A DNA stretch of 64,000 nt from Geosiphon pyriformis uo1. Its lineage: Eukaryota > Fungi > Glomeromycota. The notes under the pieces were generated by a model. That model made no database searches, had not been told where the DNA came from, and saw only the letters and a program-made list of their open reading frames with translations. Below, one piece after another: positions 12,661 through 24,971 of the stretch (the stretch's first letter is position 1; each line of letters begins with the position of its first letter). The position numbers and the translations under genes were made by a program. Where the stretch lies: NCBI GenBank assembly GCA_016748015.1, contig JAAOMT010000183.1:760787-824786 (forward strand), in the 5' to 3' direction.

Positions 12661-15600
12661 ACATATTTTTTTTTTGTTGTTACTATACTATTTTAATTCT
12701 AATTCTTTAGAAAGTTGAAATAGATAAAATATTGTTCTATTTTAATAGTCTTACTTGGCTCTTGAAATAACAAGTTTTTGGCTGTAAGCTCATATTTTTT
12801 TTCAGATTCTGGTAATTCAATAATAGGGTATAGTGTTTTTGGGAGTAAATTAAATAAGAACTTATACTTATTACAGTACTAAAAATAGCAAAGAATTAAG
12901 CAATAATTGTACAGTTTTGTATTAAGATTGGCTAATCTTTGTTTTTGTTCTTTTTAAATAAGAGCAAGTTCTTGATACTGGTTTTAGAATGCTTTGAGAT
13001 TATTTGTAAATAGGTTATTTATCTCTTAAATGATTACTAAGACATTTTTTATGATATTTATTTTCTTGATTGTAATATTTTTCTATTTTGCTGTAATTAT
13101 GTTTCAGATTTTTTTTTATTGTGGAAGTATAAATTTAGTCAGTTTATTGCTCGACTATAGACTGCAACAAATAGAATTCTTTTTTAGATTCAGTTATTAA
13201 TTAAAATAGTATACTAACAGAATTCATTATATGTTCTTTTTCTGCCAAGAATATTATTCCATAATCTTTTATCTGATAAGATTTTGTTACATATAAAACA
13301 TAGTATATTATTCTATTTGCTTTGTTATTTTGGTTATTTAAATTGTTCCAATATACAAGGTTGGCAATAATATTTGATAGTAGTAAGTCATACTTTATTG
13401 TCTCTAATACAGATATTCATTAAAAACAACTTCTTTTACAATTGATACAAATTAAATTTGAAAGTTAATAAAATTAATTTTTTTGATTTAGAGTTAAACA
13501 GATTGATGGTAATGTCTGAAGTTTTTCATTAGTCCTTTTTTTACCTTTTTTTTCTCATGTAGAAGGTAGTGGTAACTTTGTTTTGTAATTATTAACTCAA
13601 AAAACTTGATAAGTTTTTATGGTTGGCTGGGAAATAGGTTTTTTAAATTCAATTAAAGATTGTTTTGGGACTATTATTTTGAAGTGTTTACACATAATGA
13701 GTACTCTAGTATATTGTTTGTTAAAAGTAATCTAAAGTTCTTGGATGTTTTAGTCAAGCATAACTTGGACTTTAGTTAACCAATTATTTTTTACAAAGGC
13801 TTAATACTAAGTGGTTTTTATGATAAGCACCTTAGTTAGAATGCTAATTTTATGGATTTTGAAAAAAAAATTGTCAATTTTTTCTATTGGTGTTTTGGTA
13901 TTTCTATTTGCAGCAATTATTTTGATAATAATTATGTAATCTACTTAGTAATCTAGTTAATTTATGAATTGTTTTGTGATTATACTGTCTGTAAATTTGC
14001 TGTTAAGTATTAATTTAATGTTTAATTGTCTTACTTTAGCATTAGTGTATATTGCCATAATTGGCCTATTCTGATTAATAACAGCTTTGCTAATGAAATC
14101 AGTAATGTTTAATTTGTCAATATTAAATAAAAATATAATGGTTAATGTATTTTTTTCAGTAATAATAGCAGAAAAAATTGTATTAGCAGTTTAACTGAAG
14201 TTAAAAGAGGAAAGATTGGTAATTTCAACTACATTTTTTTCTTTTAAAAGTATAATATTACAAAAATTCAAGGTCTTTATAAGATCAAAGTATGAGATCT
14301 GATTTGGATATTTAGTTTGTGCTGCTTAAAGTTGTATATTATTACAATTTATTAGATAGGATTATCTATTGTTGGATTGCAGTTAATATTTATTATTGTT
14401 TTGTTATTTTTAATTATAGTCAATAGCTTGGAGTCTGAAGTTATTAGATATTAGAGCTTAGTATTAAGGTGTTATTTGTGTTATTGCTTGTAAAGACTAA
14501 TAGTAAGTTGAAGATAATTGAAGTAAGTACTATAATTGTAAGTATTACAGTAAAAAATATTGGAATCTCATGATTTAAAGATATCTTAATTGTAGTTAAT
14601 ATTGATTTCCTTAGTTTTGATTAACTAATTTTTTTTTGCAATCTTTTATAATGTGTTCGGATTTTTGATAATAGTAACAATTATGGTGATTTGATTTCCA
14701 AAGTTGTTATTGTTATTGCTAATTCTGTTGTTGTTAATAGTTACTGAAGTTGTTTCTATGTTGTAATAGTTAATACATTTTAGAGTTTTCTGTTAAAAAT
14801 TTCTTAATTTTCTGAGTTAATTTTTTACTTAATTAAATAAACTTAACATTAATATCTAATGTTCTATTTATGATTAAGTTAATAGCTTAAATATGATTGA
14901 CTTTTTGTTCCATTAATTTAAAGTTACAGACAAGTATTATGACTTTTTATAAGCTATCAAAGTAATAAAATTTGATGGATTAAAAGATATTACTCCTTAG
15001 TTTTTTGATAAATTGGTTCAGAATTTGTTCTGGTATATAATAGTCTCTTTCAATTGTCTGAATTTGGCAAGAAATTTGATTAAATTGTCTAAGATAAATA
15101 ATTACTGCTTTATGATTCTTTTGTTTTATTATATTGAACTGATTTTGTAATCTAATAAGTGTATTGAAATTACAAAAGTATTGTAAAAAGGCAAGTTTAA
15201 AAACAGCAAAGTCAGCTGGTTTTTTTTTGAAATTTTGGTACTATAAGTCTGTAGTTCTTATTAAGAAGAATAGTAAGACTTAAATTGTTCTGGTCTTGTT
15301 CTATTTATTGGCTCTGATTGCTTTTTTAGCTTTTGTAATCCAGATATATGCATTTTTTTTCATCAGAGAATTTTTCTAGTTTAACAATGTTTTTGTAAGT
15401 TATAATCTGAATGATAAAAGTTAGTTTAATTGTTAATAAAAAGAATATTAACAAAGATATATTCAGTTGTTTTACTGAATTTACAGCTGGTTGTTTTTTT
15501 TTGTTAATATAACCAATAGGTTGTAGGATAGCTGTTCTATCTAAGAGTATAGTGGTTAATTTATTTAGGAGTAATATTAACAATTGTGCCTAAAAAAAGT

Positions 15601-16144
15601 GCTTTTACTGAATTTATTGGCTGTTAAAGTAAGATTTTCAAACAATGATCCATATTTTTTTAGAGATTTGGTTCAAAAATTTTGGTTATAGTCTTAAAAG
15701 TACAGGATTTCAGAAGTTTTTAATATTCTAGATTGTGTTTTTATTAATTGATTGAATAGAATTCTACTTTTTGGTATTTGGTAATATAAAAGAGTAGTTG
15801 ATAAAAAAAGTCTTGATTTTTTGTTAACTGTGAATTAAGTATTTTTTTATATAACTGGTGTACTCTTATTTTCAGATTCAGATTCTTTGAAGTTGAGTTT
15901 TAATATTTGTCTTTTTTTTTACTTAAGAGTACTATTTGCTAGTGTATTTCTGAATTTTCTAATCAATTATTAAAAAAGTTTTGGTTATTGTTTATGTAGT
16001 AGTTAATATTAAATATGTTAGTAATTTTTGGTGAATTTGTTCTTTAAGTTTTTTTGTGTTTGTTGTTTAATCTAATAGGTAATTAATCTTAATATGTACA
16101 TAATAACAAAAATTATTCTCTGTAATAACAGTTTTTAATGATAT

Positions 16145-16848
16145 TGTTATGGGTTGGAGTAACAAGCTAACAGATAGCAAGAGAGAACAGGATTGTAGAG
16201 TGATGGAAATAATCAAAGGGGATTCAACTTCAATAAGTGAATTGAATGAATATGGATTCAATGTGCAAGATCAGTCTTATAAAATATCTCAATCGCTATT
16301 CTTTTCAAAAGGTAACAAGGGAATCTGAAGGTAGAGGGATAGTTTGTACTGTCAACAATTGATCACCACTAGTATTAATTCTATGCCTTTACATCAGTGT
16401 TTTTAGAATTCAATATCAGGTATCAACTTGTGCTCTTCAGTCATGTTTATACAAATAGTCTTCAAATACTACAATTATTCAAATAGGAAAAGGCCAACAA
16501 GTAATCTTTTATCCTAAGATGTTCGGATACTTGAAGGTAGGGAAAGGAAAATTAGCAATAAAAGAGTAATTGAGATGAAAGTTGTTATTTTTATTTATTT
16601 GATTCTTGTCTGAGAGATGATTTTTTATAGCTAAGAGACTCATCACTTATATAGTTAATGAAAGTGGTCAATAACCAGGTCAATGACTAGATCAATGATC
16701 AGGTCAATAATCAGATCAATAATCAGGTCAACAGTCAGGTTATTGATCAGATCAATGATCACTATCTAAAAATAGAATGGCTAATTATATGACATCAGTG
16801 GCTAATACATGTGATAACTAATAAAAATTATGGGTTTTAACTATAACA
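16145..16848 (-). repeat. 3' LTR of D
   Basis: Ungapped alignment to 23185-23888 at about 90% identity; 12-bp repeat (TCAATGATCAGG) at about 16667-16760. Confidence 0.97.
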
Positions 16849-17474
16849 TCATCCTCTCCAAAGAGATTGAGCTTCGGCAAAATCAAGCTATTTATAGAGT
16901 ATTCTAATTGAAGGGTTTTGTCTAACTCAAAACTAACTAGTTTGTTGAAGTCTTTTGTGGATAGAGTGTATAATACTTGAGGCGAAATAAGCTTTGTATC
17001 CAAGAGACCAAATCTTTGTATAAGAGTTTTGGTTCTTTTTGCAATAGTTAAAACTCTTGGGACATCTAAATGTATAATGCCCAAAATTTTCACTTGTATC
17101 TCTGAAGTTGTTTTCTTTATGAGCTTCATTTTTTCTATGATTTTATTAAGACAATCATAGAGTTCTAGTTGCCTTTCATATGACAAGTTTTTGTCTATGG
17201 GCAAGATTTTCTTAATCGTTTTTCCAATTGTCATGGAAGATGTAAGTATTGCTGCTGTTATGCTTTTCAGCAAATACTTATCCATTTTACTACCAATTCT
17301 TTCTCTTCTGGTAGTGGTTTTTTTTGGTCTAATAACAGTATATGTTCCACTGTTATCAGTTATGGTAGTTTGTTTTCCAATGGTCAGAGTAGTATTTGGA
17401 TAATTTTTAATCCAATACTCATGAAGAGTGTAGAAAGCATTTTGAATGTTTTAATATAAGAAATAATTGTTCAT
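16818..17474 (-). pseudogene. ORF3 of D (about 218 aa, one premature TAA at codon 8), unknown function
   Basis: ORF 16818..17285 extends in frame to an ATG at 17474 with a single stop; similar to the G ORF at 57909..58637. Confidence 0.75.
16849..16866 (-). promoter_or_regulatory. Polypurine tract of D
   Basis: Minus strand GGAGAGGATGA lies immediately before the TG of the 3' LTR. Confidence 0.75.
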
Positions 17475-17515
17475 GTTGATTGAAGATACCTCTGTTTTGA
17501 GAATGGTGCATTTAT

Positions 17516-18827
17516 TTATATCTGATTTTTGTTGATTATTTGGGTCAGTATTACCACAACAAGTAACCAATTAAGTTGTTTGTGATATTTCTTGAGTCGT
17601 GTGCCATAAACAGGGCAATCATTGAAGATTGTTCCATATTGATTTTGTAAGATATAAGAACCATTGTTCAAAACTTTGTTGACTATAAAGGGTCCTTTCC
17701 ACCAGCTAGAGAATTTATCACTATAGACATTGTCTCTGTTTGAATGGTATTCTAAAATTAAGTCATCAATACTTAAAGAAAGTGTTTTATATGTTTTTTT
17801 TTTTAAGCTTCTTTTGGAATTGTTTTATCTTTTCAAAGGCAATTATCCGTGCTTCTACTAATGAGTTAAGAATGGTACCAAGTCTTCTTTGCAAAATGTC
17901 TTTGTAATTCCTTATTGTTATTTCTTCAAAGAGTATTGTCTCAATATCAGTTTCTATTGGTAGAGTTGCCATTCATCCATAGAGTAGATAAAAGGGTTCA
18001 TAACTTGTTATGTCATAATTCACAGTTCTATAGGCAAACAAGGCTAAAGGCAGTACTTTGTCCCATAAGTTTGTTTCTTTGCTGGTTTTGGCTAGGGTTT
18101 CACATAGTGTTTTATTGAAACGTTCTATTAGGCCATTTGTTTGGAAGTGATAAGAAGAGGAAAGTTTGTGATATATTCCCATTTTTCTGCAAAGTTCTTC
18201 AACAAGTGTACTAAGAAAAACTCTTTCTCTGTCAGATAAAAGTTCTTTGGGGCAGCCATGGTGACAAATAATATCTTCATAAATGAAATTGGCTATTAAG
18301 ACTGCTGTTTGGTCTGGAGTGGCTCTTGCTTCTACCCACTTTGTAAGATAGTTGGTAGCTGTAATAATGTATCTGTTGCCATCAGGAGTTATTGTTAAAG
18401 ATCCAACAACATCTATACTAATTCTGTCAAAGGGTTGATCAACAGAGATTGAATGGATATCTTTTTTGTGATTGGGTTTTTCTCTTCTTTGGCAGATATC
18501 ACAGGTTTTGATGTATTCAGCAATGTCTTTTCCCAAGGTAGGCCAATAATAGCAAGCTAGAGTTTTCTGAATTGTTTTTGTTTTTCCAAAGTGTCCAGCT
18601 AATGGATCAGTATGCATATTGTAGATCACAATTTCTCTTTCTTCAAATCTGATAACTCTCTAGAGGCAGTCAGGATCTTTTCTATTTCTTTTATAAAGTT
18701 GGTTCTGGTGAATCAAATAGAAATTTGATTGTTTGCACAAATGTTCTCTTTGTTGTTGTGTGTATTTCGGTGGGTATTGTCCTTTACCCAAAAATTCCAT
18801 TAAGGCAGAGTAGTTGTTCAAGTCCAT
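17516..18827 (-). pseudogene. Integrase ORF of D
   Basis: HHCC (HTDPLAGH...CDIC), D-D-E core (SIDVVG, LSDRE, IERFN) and GPF motif; a few stops and frameshifts; no chromodomain seen. Confidence 0.93.
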
Positions 18828-18893
18828 TATTGTGTTTGTCAAAAAGAGAGAATTACTAATAATTAAGTTGGTTTGGTTTGAGAGGGTGTTCTG

Positions 18894-21578
18894 TCACTGG
18901 ATCATAAGTCTGGAAAGAGCATTGGTATTTTGATGAATAGCTTCTTTGCAATATTGAATATCATAGTCAAATTTATCCAAGTGGAGTATTCAGCGAATTA
19001 TCCATTTGTGTTCTAGCCTCTTTTTGTTGCACAGCCAAACCAAAGCTTGGTGATTTGTTACCACCAAAAACTTCACACCAAGAAGATACTTACTCCAGTA
19101 ACTGGTGAACCATACTACTGTTAAGCATTCTTGTTCAGTGACTGAATAGTTCTGTTCTGTTGGGGAAAGGGTTCTACTGGCATAGGCTATGGCATGTTTT
19201 TTGCCATCTTTATCTTTCTGGGAGAGAACAGCACCAAGTCCAAAACCAGATGCATTAGTGTGGAAAATAAAGGGTCGATTTAGATCAGGTTGCTTGAGGA
19301 TGGGTTCTGTAACCAGTTTTTTCTTTAAAGTTTCAAAGACTTTTTGCTAATGTGTTCTCCAATGGTAATTGACATTTTTTCTGAGTAGTTGATTGAGAGG
19401 AGAGGCGATTTTGGAAAAATCTTTGACAAATTTGCGATAATAAAAGACCAAACCAAGAAAAGAGTGTAGTTCATAAATGTTTATTGGTTGTTTGATGTTT
19501 TGGACTTTTCAACTTTGGCTGGGTCAGAAAAGATTCCATTTTTTGTGATAAGATGACCAAAGAACTGGGTAGATTGTCTTCCAAAGAAAGATTTAATTGG
19601 GTTGATCTTGAGGCCAGCATTTTTGAGGAGGTCAAAAACCTTTTGCAAATATTCCAAATGTTCATCCCAAGTTTTTGAGTATACCATTATGTCGTCCAAA
19701 TAAACTAGAACAAAGTTTTCCTTGACTGATTCAAATACTTTATCCATTAAGTGTTGAAAGGTGAGAGGAGCATTGGTGAGACCAAAAGGCATGACTGTGA
19801 ATTCATAGATACCATACTTGGCGATGAAGGCAGTTTTCTTTCTGCTTTCTGAATCCATCTCTACTTGTCAGAATCCAGCAGTTAAGTCAATAATTGAAAA
19901 GAAAGCAGCATCTTTGAATTGGTTTAACATTGCATCAATCTTGGAAAGTAGGTACATGTCTCTTTCAGTGATGGCATTTAATTGGCAGTAGTTGACACAG
20001 AAGCATAGTGTTTCATCTTTCTTGAATACCACTACAACTGGGAAAGCCCATTCACTCTTGGTTTCTTGTATGAATCCAAGTTCTTTCATCCGGTTTATCT
20101 CTTTCTTGATAAACTCATTATTGTGTTGATTGGATTGATAAGGCTTTAAATGAATGGGTCGAGTTTCTCTGGTGGTAATGATGTGTTGTATCACATGAGT
20201 ATGTCCAGAGGTATCACCTTTTTTGGAGATAACTGGGCTATTTTTAGCCAGCAAATTTTCAATGTTTATTTTTCTTTCTTCTGGAGAGAGTTCTTTTTGT
20301 TCCACAACCAGTGATTGGATCTCAGGTGGTTCATTCTTAAAGGACTTCTGTACTTCTTTCAATTCTTCTTTGGGTATCAAACTGATTGGTTCCCAATCTC
20401 TGTAATAGATCAGGCATAATTTGCATTCATTACTTGGAGAATACAAGGGTTTGTTACACCAACACTGGACACAAGGACCATGCCACCAAAAACTGTATTT
20501 GGCTTTCATGCTAGGTTTTCTTTCAAAGGTTCTTCTAAGAATATCATAATAAAGCCAGCAGATTAGCTTGCCATTTACAATGATTCCTTCTTTGTCTGCT
20601 TTAATATTGTCCAATGATTTGCCATTGCTGGTGAAGGTAATATAGACGAGTTTAGTAGTTTCTTCTTGCTCTTCTTGTTTCTTTTCTTCATCACTCTTTT
20701 TATTATCTGATTCATCTGATTGTTCTTTTTTTTGGTTTTGTTTGGGTACTGGAGGAGTTGTCCAATAATAACACTTAACCACAATGAGTTTTTCACCACA
20801 TCTAATAATTAATTCACAAAGTTTATAATCAAGCAAAGCTTTTGTTTTCTTGAGCCATTCATTGCCAACAATGATGATGTATTCCTTGGCTTCAGAAACT
20901 TCCATGTCAGTTTCAATGCTAATTCCATTGATGCAGACAGGAACAGCTTTGGCAATACCCAGTCCTTTTTTTTTGTCACCATGTATGTTGGTCATTGGTC
21001 TGGTGGAAGGTTCATCAATCTTTCTACCAATTGCTTTCAAGAAGTGTTTGGCAATGACACTAACAGATGATCCACTGTCCAGAATTAAGTCAATGAAGTA
21101 TTCAGCCACTTGGGCTTTACAAATCAGAAGGGTGACATTGCTGTTGTCAGCAAATCCAACTTGGCGAGAGCACTTGTTGGTTTTTGGTGTCTTCTCTTTG
21201 GAATCAAGGATTTGCGAAGATCCTTTCTGAACTGTGGGTGGGTCATTAACTGGCCAAAGATAATATGTGTTGAGGTTTCTATAAGATCTTTGACAATGAA
21301 ATAGGGTCCAGATTTTTGTACAATTTCTGGGGATTCCAACTTTGGAGGATTCTTAAAAACTTTAGCCTTTGATGGCTCATTGTTATCAGTGGCAGAAGTT
21401 GAGGCTTTGTTGTGGTCTAGAACGAAATCAACCTTGGCTTTCTTCTTCTTTCTGGTTGGTTCTGAGATGTTGATTGCTAATTCATCCATGTCATAGTCAT
21501 CATTAGTTAAGTTAAAAGCATAAAAGAAGTTTTCTTCTGGTTGGCTTGCACTCTCACCCTTTTGAGGTACACCTACCA
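18894..21578 (-). pseudogene. pol: Protease-RT-RNase H of D
   Basis: LILDSGS protease; MPFGLTNAP and YLDD RT motifs; RNase H relic ending NTNALSRLMIQ-stop. Confidence 0.95.
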
Positions 21579-23132
21579 GTTTAAAAGCTGATAAACAGTG
21601 GCTTCAACTAGGGGATCCTCTCCAAAGAAATTGATGTTGGCATGATTAGGTCTTTGATTGGGGACATTGTTGTTGTTGTTGTTGGGTCTGTTGTTTTGGT
21701 TGTTAGTGTTTCTGGAAGCTGGAGGAGGCAATAGAGGATTGTTGCAATCTCTGGAGAAATGTCCAGTTAATCCACATCTATAACACACAGAAGGGCCACA
21801 ATTTTGCTGTCTTTGGTAAGGGAGTTGCTGGGGCTGATTAAAACGGTTTTCAAATCTGGGTCTTTGTGGTTGCTGGTTATCTCTGACTGCTTGGGCTAAT
21901 GGTTCTAATAGCCAAGCAAGATTTGCTGTAAGTTTATCTATTAATTGTTCATTTGGATTTTGTGTTTGGGCAGCAAAAGAAGTAGCAGCCATTTGAGAAG
22001 TAGGAGCCATAACAGGAGCAAGAGCAAAAACTGGAAGTGTGGATTCCAAATACATTCTTTGATTGTCTTCAATTCTTTGGGTGAGTTCAATGGCCATATC
22101 CATAGTGGGATTATTTTTTAAAGCCAAGAGAGGCCAAAAAGCATACGATAAATCAGTTCTCAATCCTTTTGTGAAGGAGTGGATCTTTTACTCTTCAGTT
22201 CAGTTTCTACCAGAGTCTACATGCTTAATGAGTTTTCTAATTGCTTTGGCATATTTGGTCACAATTTCACCAGGACTTTGGGTTCTTCTTTCTAATTTCA
22301 TACACCATTTGGATATTAAGATGGGAGTTTTGAATTTGTTTTCAAACTGAGTAGTGAAAGAGGTGTTGTTTTTTCCAATATTTGCTGGAGTCCATTTAAC
22401 AATTTTTTGTTAAGCACCAGCATTGGTTTTTTGTAAAAACCAGGTAGCAGGGGAGCCTTGAAGGTAGCCACCAACGATTTGGAACTTGTATTCATCATCA
22501 TACTGGTTTGCAATGGCTGCTCTTTCAAAATTGTCCAGCCATTCAATTGGATTTTGGGTATCACCTCTGAATAGAGGTAGTGAGATGTTGTTTCTTCATC
22601 CCAAAGCAGTTTGTATGCCTTAGAGGGTGGCCAGAATGTTTACTTGTATTGAATCTTGGGCCATTTGTTCAGGAGTTACTGTTTGTGTGGAGTGCTCTAA
22701 TTTACTTAAGAAGAGATTAAAAATAGGGGCTGTTTGGTAGCTTTCTTCTTCTGTTTCAAGGAGAGTTACTGTTGATTGATGGGCAGCAATTCAAATGTGA
22801 ATTTGATAATTCAGATATTCGAAATTAGGGGGCTGTTGTTCAAAAGTTGTAGAATATAAGAGCTGATTGATACTGTTGTTTCTTTCTTCAAAATTATCTT
22901 CAAAATAAGCTTGATCAAAGTAATAAGTTGTATAAGTTGTGTAGATTTCAGCTGAATGCTCATTCAGGAACCAGTTCCAAAAGTCTTGGAATTGTCTACT
23001 GGATTGTTCTTCAATGGGAAAGCAGATTAAGCAGAAGGACAGAAGATTAAGTTCAATGAAATCTAGGTTATTTCTGTTGTGTGCTGCAAAGTGTTCTTCT
23101 GATTGCTATAGCAGATATGAGTAATCACCCAT
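21573..23132 (-). pseudogene. gag: gag of D
   Basis: CCHC knuckle CYRCGLTGHFSRDC; capsid-like LPLFRGD..NPIEWLDNFE; ATG at 23132; several premature stops. Confidence 0.9.
21579..21585 (-). promoter_or_regulatory. Candidate -1 ribosomal frameshift heptamer U UUA AAC at the gag/pol junction
   Basis: In gag phase CTT TTA AAC TGG TAG; the -1 frame is open into ORF 21124..21489. Confidence 0.75.
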
Positions 23133-23161
23133 ACAATGAGGGAATAAGTGAATTTTGACAA

Positions 23162-23178
23162 CCTCACAGGGAGCACTA
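23162..23178 (-). promoter_or_regulatory. Primer-binding site of D
   Basis: TAGTGCTCCCTGTGAGG (decayed TGG start), 6 nt after the 5' LTR; same motif as in A, C and F. Confidence 0.8.
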
Positions 23179-23184
23179 CTTTTA

Positions 23185-23888
23185 TGTTATGAGTTGGAGT
23201 AACAAGCTAATAGATAGTAAGGGAGAACAGGATTGTAGGGTGATAGAAATAATCAAAGGGGATTCAGCTTTAATAAGCGAATTGAATGAGTATGGATTTA
23301 ATATGCGAGATCAGTCTCATAAAATATCTCAGTTGCTATTCTTTTCAAAAGGTAACAAGAGAATCTGAAGGTAGAGAGATAGTTTATACTGTTAACAATT
23401 GATCACTGCTGGTATTAATTCTATGCCTTCATGTTGGCACTCTTAGAATTCAATATCAAGTATCAACTTGTGCTTTTTAGTCACATTTATACAAATAGTC
23501 TTCAAATACTACAATTATTCAAACAGGAAAAGGCCAACAAGTAATCTTTTATCCTAAGATGTTCGGATATTTGAAAGTAGGGAAAGGAAAATTAGTGATA
23601 AGAGAGTGATTGAGATGAAAGTTGTTATTTTTATTTATTTGATTTTTGTCTGAGAGATGATTTTCTACAGCTAAGAGACTTATCACTTATATAGCTAATG
23701 AAAATGGTCAATGACCAGGTCAATGATCAGGTCAATGATCAGGTCAATGATCAGGTCAATGATTAGGTCATTAATCAGGTCAATAATCAGGTCAATGATC
23801 ACTATCTAAAAATAGAGTGGCTAATTATATGACATCAGTAGCTAATACATGTGATAACTAATAAAAATTATGAATTTCAACTGTAACA
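23185..23888 (-). repeat. 5' LTR of D
   Basis: Pairs with 16145-16848. Confidence 0.97.
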
Positions 23889-24036
23889 ATATTCTTAAGT
23901 TTTTTTTTAAAGTATGAAAATAATGCTTTTCTATATAATAAGTAATCTTTTTTTATAGTTTTAATAATTGCCACTTTGGTGAATTTCTGGAGTGCTCTGT
24001 CTCTGTAAATTTTATAATTTTACAAGGAGCACCAAA

Positions 24037-24971
24037 TATTACAAATAAACTTGGTAGGATATTGTAATAATATTTAGTACTTTAAATTTAGATTAAAAAA
24101 AGCTTGAAGATTTCTATTCTGAATATTTGAAATGAGTTATTGCTATCAGTTTTGAAGATTTTTTGCTAATTTTATCTGTGGAGTTTTTTAATTATAAGAC
24201 ACAGAGAGATGTTTGGCTGTTTACAGCTTATGTATGTAAGTTATTTTCTTTAAGTTAATTGAGCATAATCACTAAGGTCTGGTAGTGTCTTTTTATTTTT
24301 TTAGTAAGCTAACAAGATAATATTATTATTCAATTCTAAAAAGCTTTTTTTTTTACCAGGCTATTATAAAATTTATTTTCAGACAGTTAATTTTACAATA
24401 TTGTCATTCTATAAGAGAATAAAGAAAATAAAAAAAAATAAAAATAAAAAAATTAATATTGTTAATTCTTATAATTAAAAGCAATTAATCTAAGTTATTA
24501 TTGTTTAAAGCATTTTATGCTAAGAGTATTTGGCCAAAAACAAAGATAAAAAAATGATTAGTTTAGATTAAACACAAAAGTTATGAATTATATATAATTA
24601 AGTTTGAATTTTAAATATTTTTTTTATTTAAGTAATATAAATATATAAATAAAATAAATCTAATAAATATTGATAAAAGGAATGTATTTTCTATCTATTT
24701 CTGTCTTGTATTTTTTTCACTATTAAAACTACTTATTTTTATACATATTTCTAGTTTTACAAAATTGTTTTTAATTGCTTGTTATTATTAACTATTGTTC
24801 ATTATTTCTGTTATTGCTTTATTTTTTTATACTATAATTAGTTATTTTATATTATGACTAGTTATTTTATGTTATTGTGTATTATTTTGTATTATCATGT
24901 TTTTCTAAGTTATCATATTTTTAATCACATTTTTTTAATATTTTTGGATTGGTTTTTTTATTTAGATAACA
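24037..24971 (-). repeat. 5' LTR of C (935 bp)
   Basis: Adjacent to PBS ACAAGGAGCACCA (plus strand); ends GATAACA; right part matches 7918-8332. Confidence 0.85.

Larger units (their letters stand above)
16145..23888 (-). mobile_element. Gypsy element D, full-length (7744 bp), no dUTPase
   Basis: Two 704-bp TG...CA LTRs, ATAT TSD (16141-16144, 23889-23892), PBS, PPT, and order gag-PR-RT-RH-IN-ORF3. Confidence 0.97.
7918..24971 (-). mobile_element. Gypsy element C, heavily decayed, with D nested inside and B inserted in its 3' LTR
   Basis: 7918-8332 matches 24590-24971. PPT at 8333-8350, ORF3 relic 8340-9050, integrase relic 9120-10436 (ORF 9946..10227), RT YLDD decayed to YLNN at about 11240, dUTPase relic, protease relic at about 13980-14016, gag 14650-15500, PBS 24021-24034. 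Confidence 0.85.

Noticed and set aside
17522-17550. Branch-point-like TACTGAC plus CAG upstream of D ORF3 as a splice acceptor
   Set aside because: It overlaps the integrase C-terminal coding motif (VVVILT) and may be coincidental; not supportable without transcript data.
17516-17700. Chromodomain at the integrase C-termini
   Set aside because: Both D and G integrases end shortly after the GPF module with a PIVVI-like motif; no chromodomain pattern is seen.
21185-21205. Second programmed frameshift before the D protease
   Set aside because: No slippery motif is present; it looks like a 1-bp loss in an AAG run, i.e. decay.
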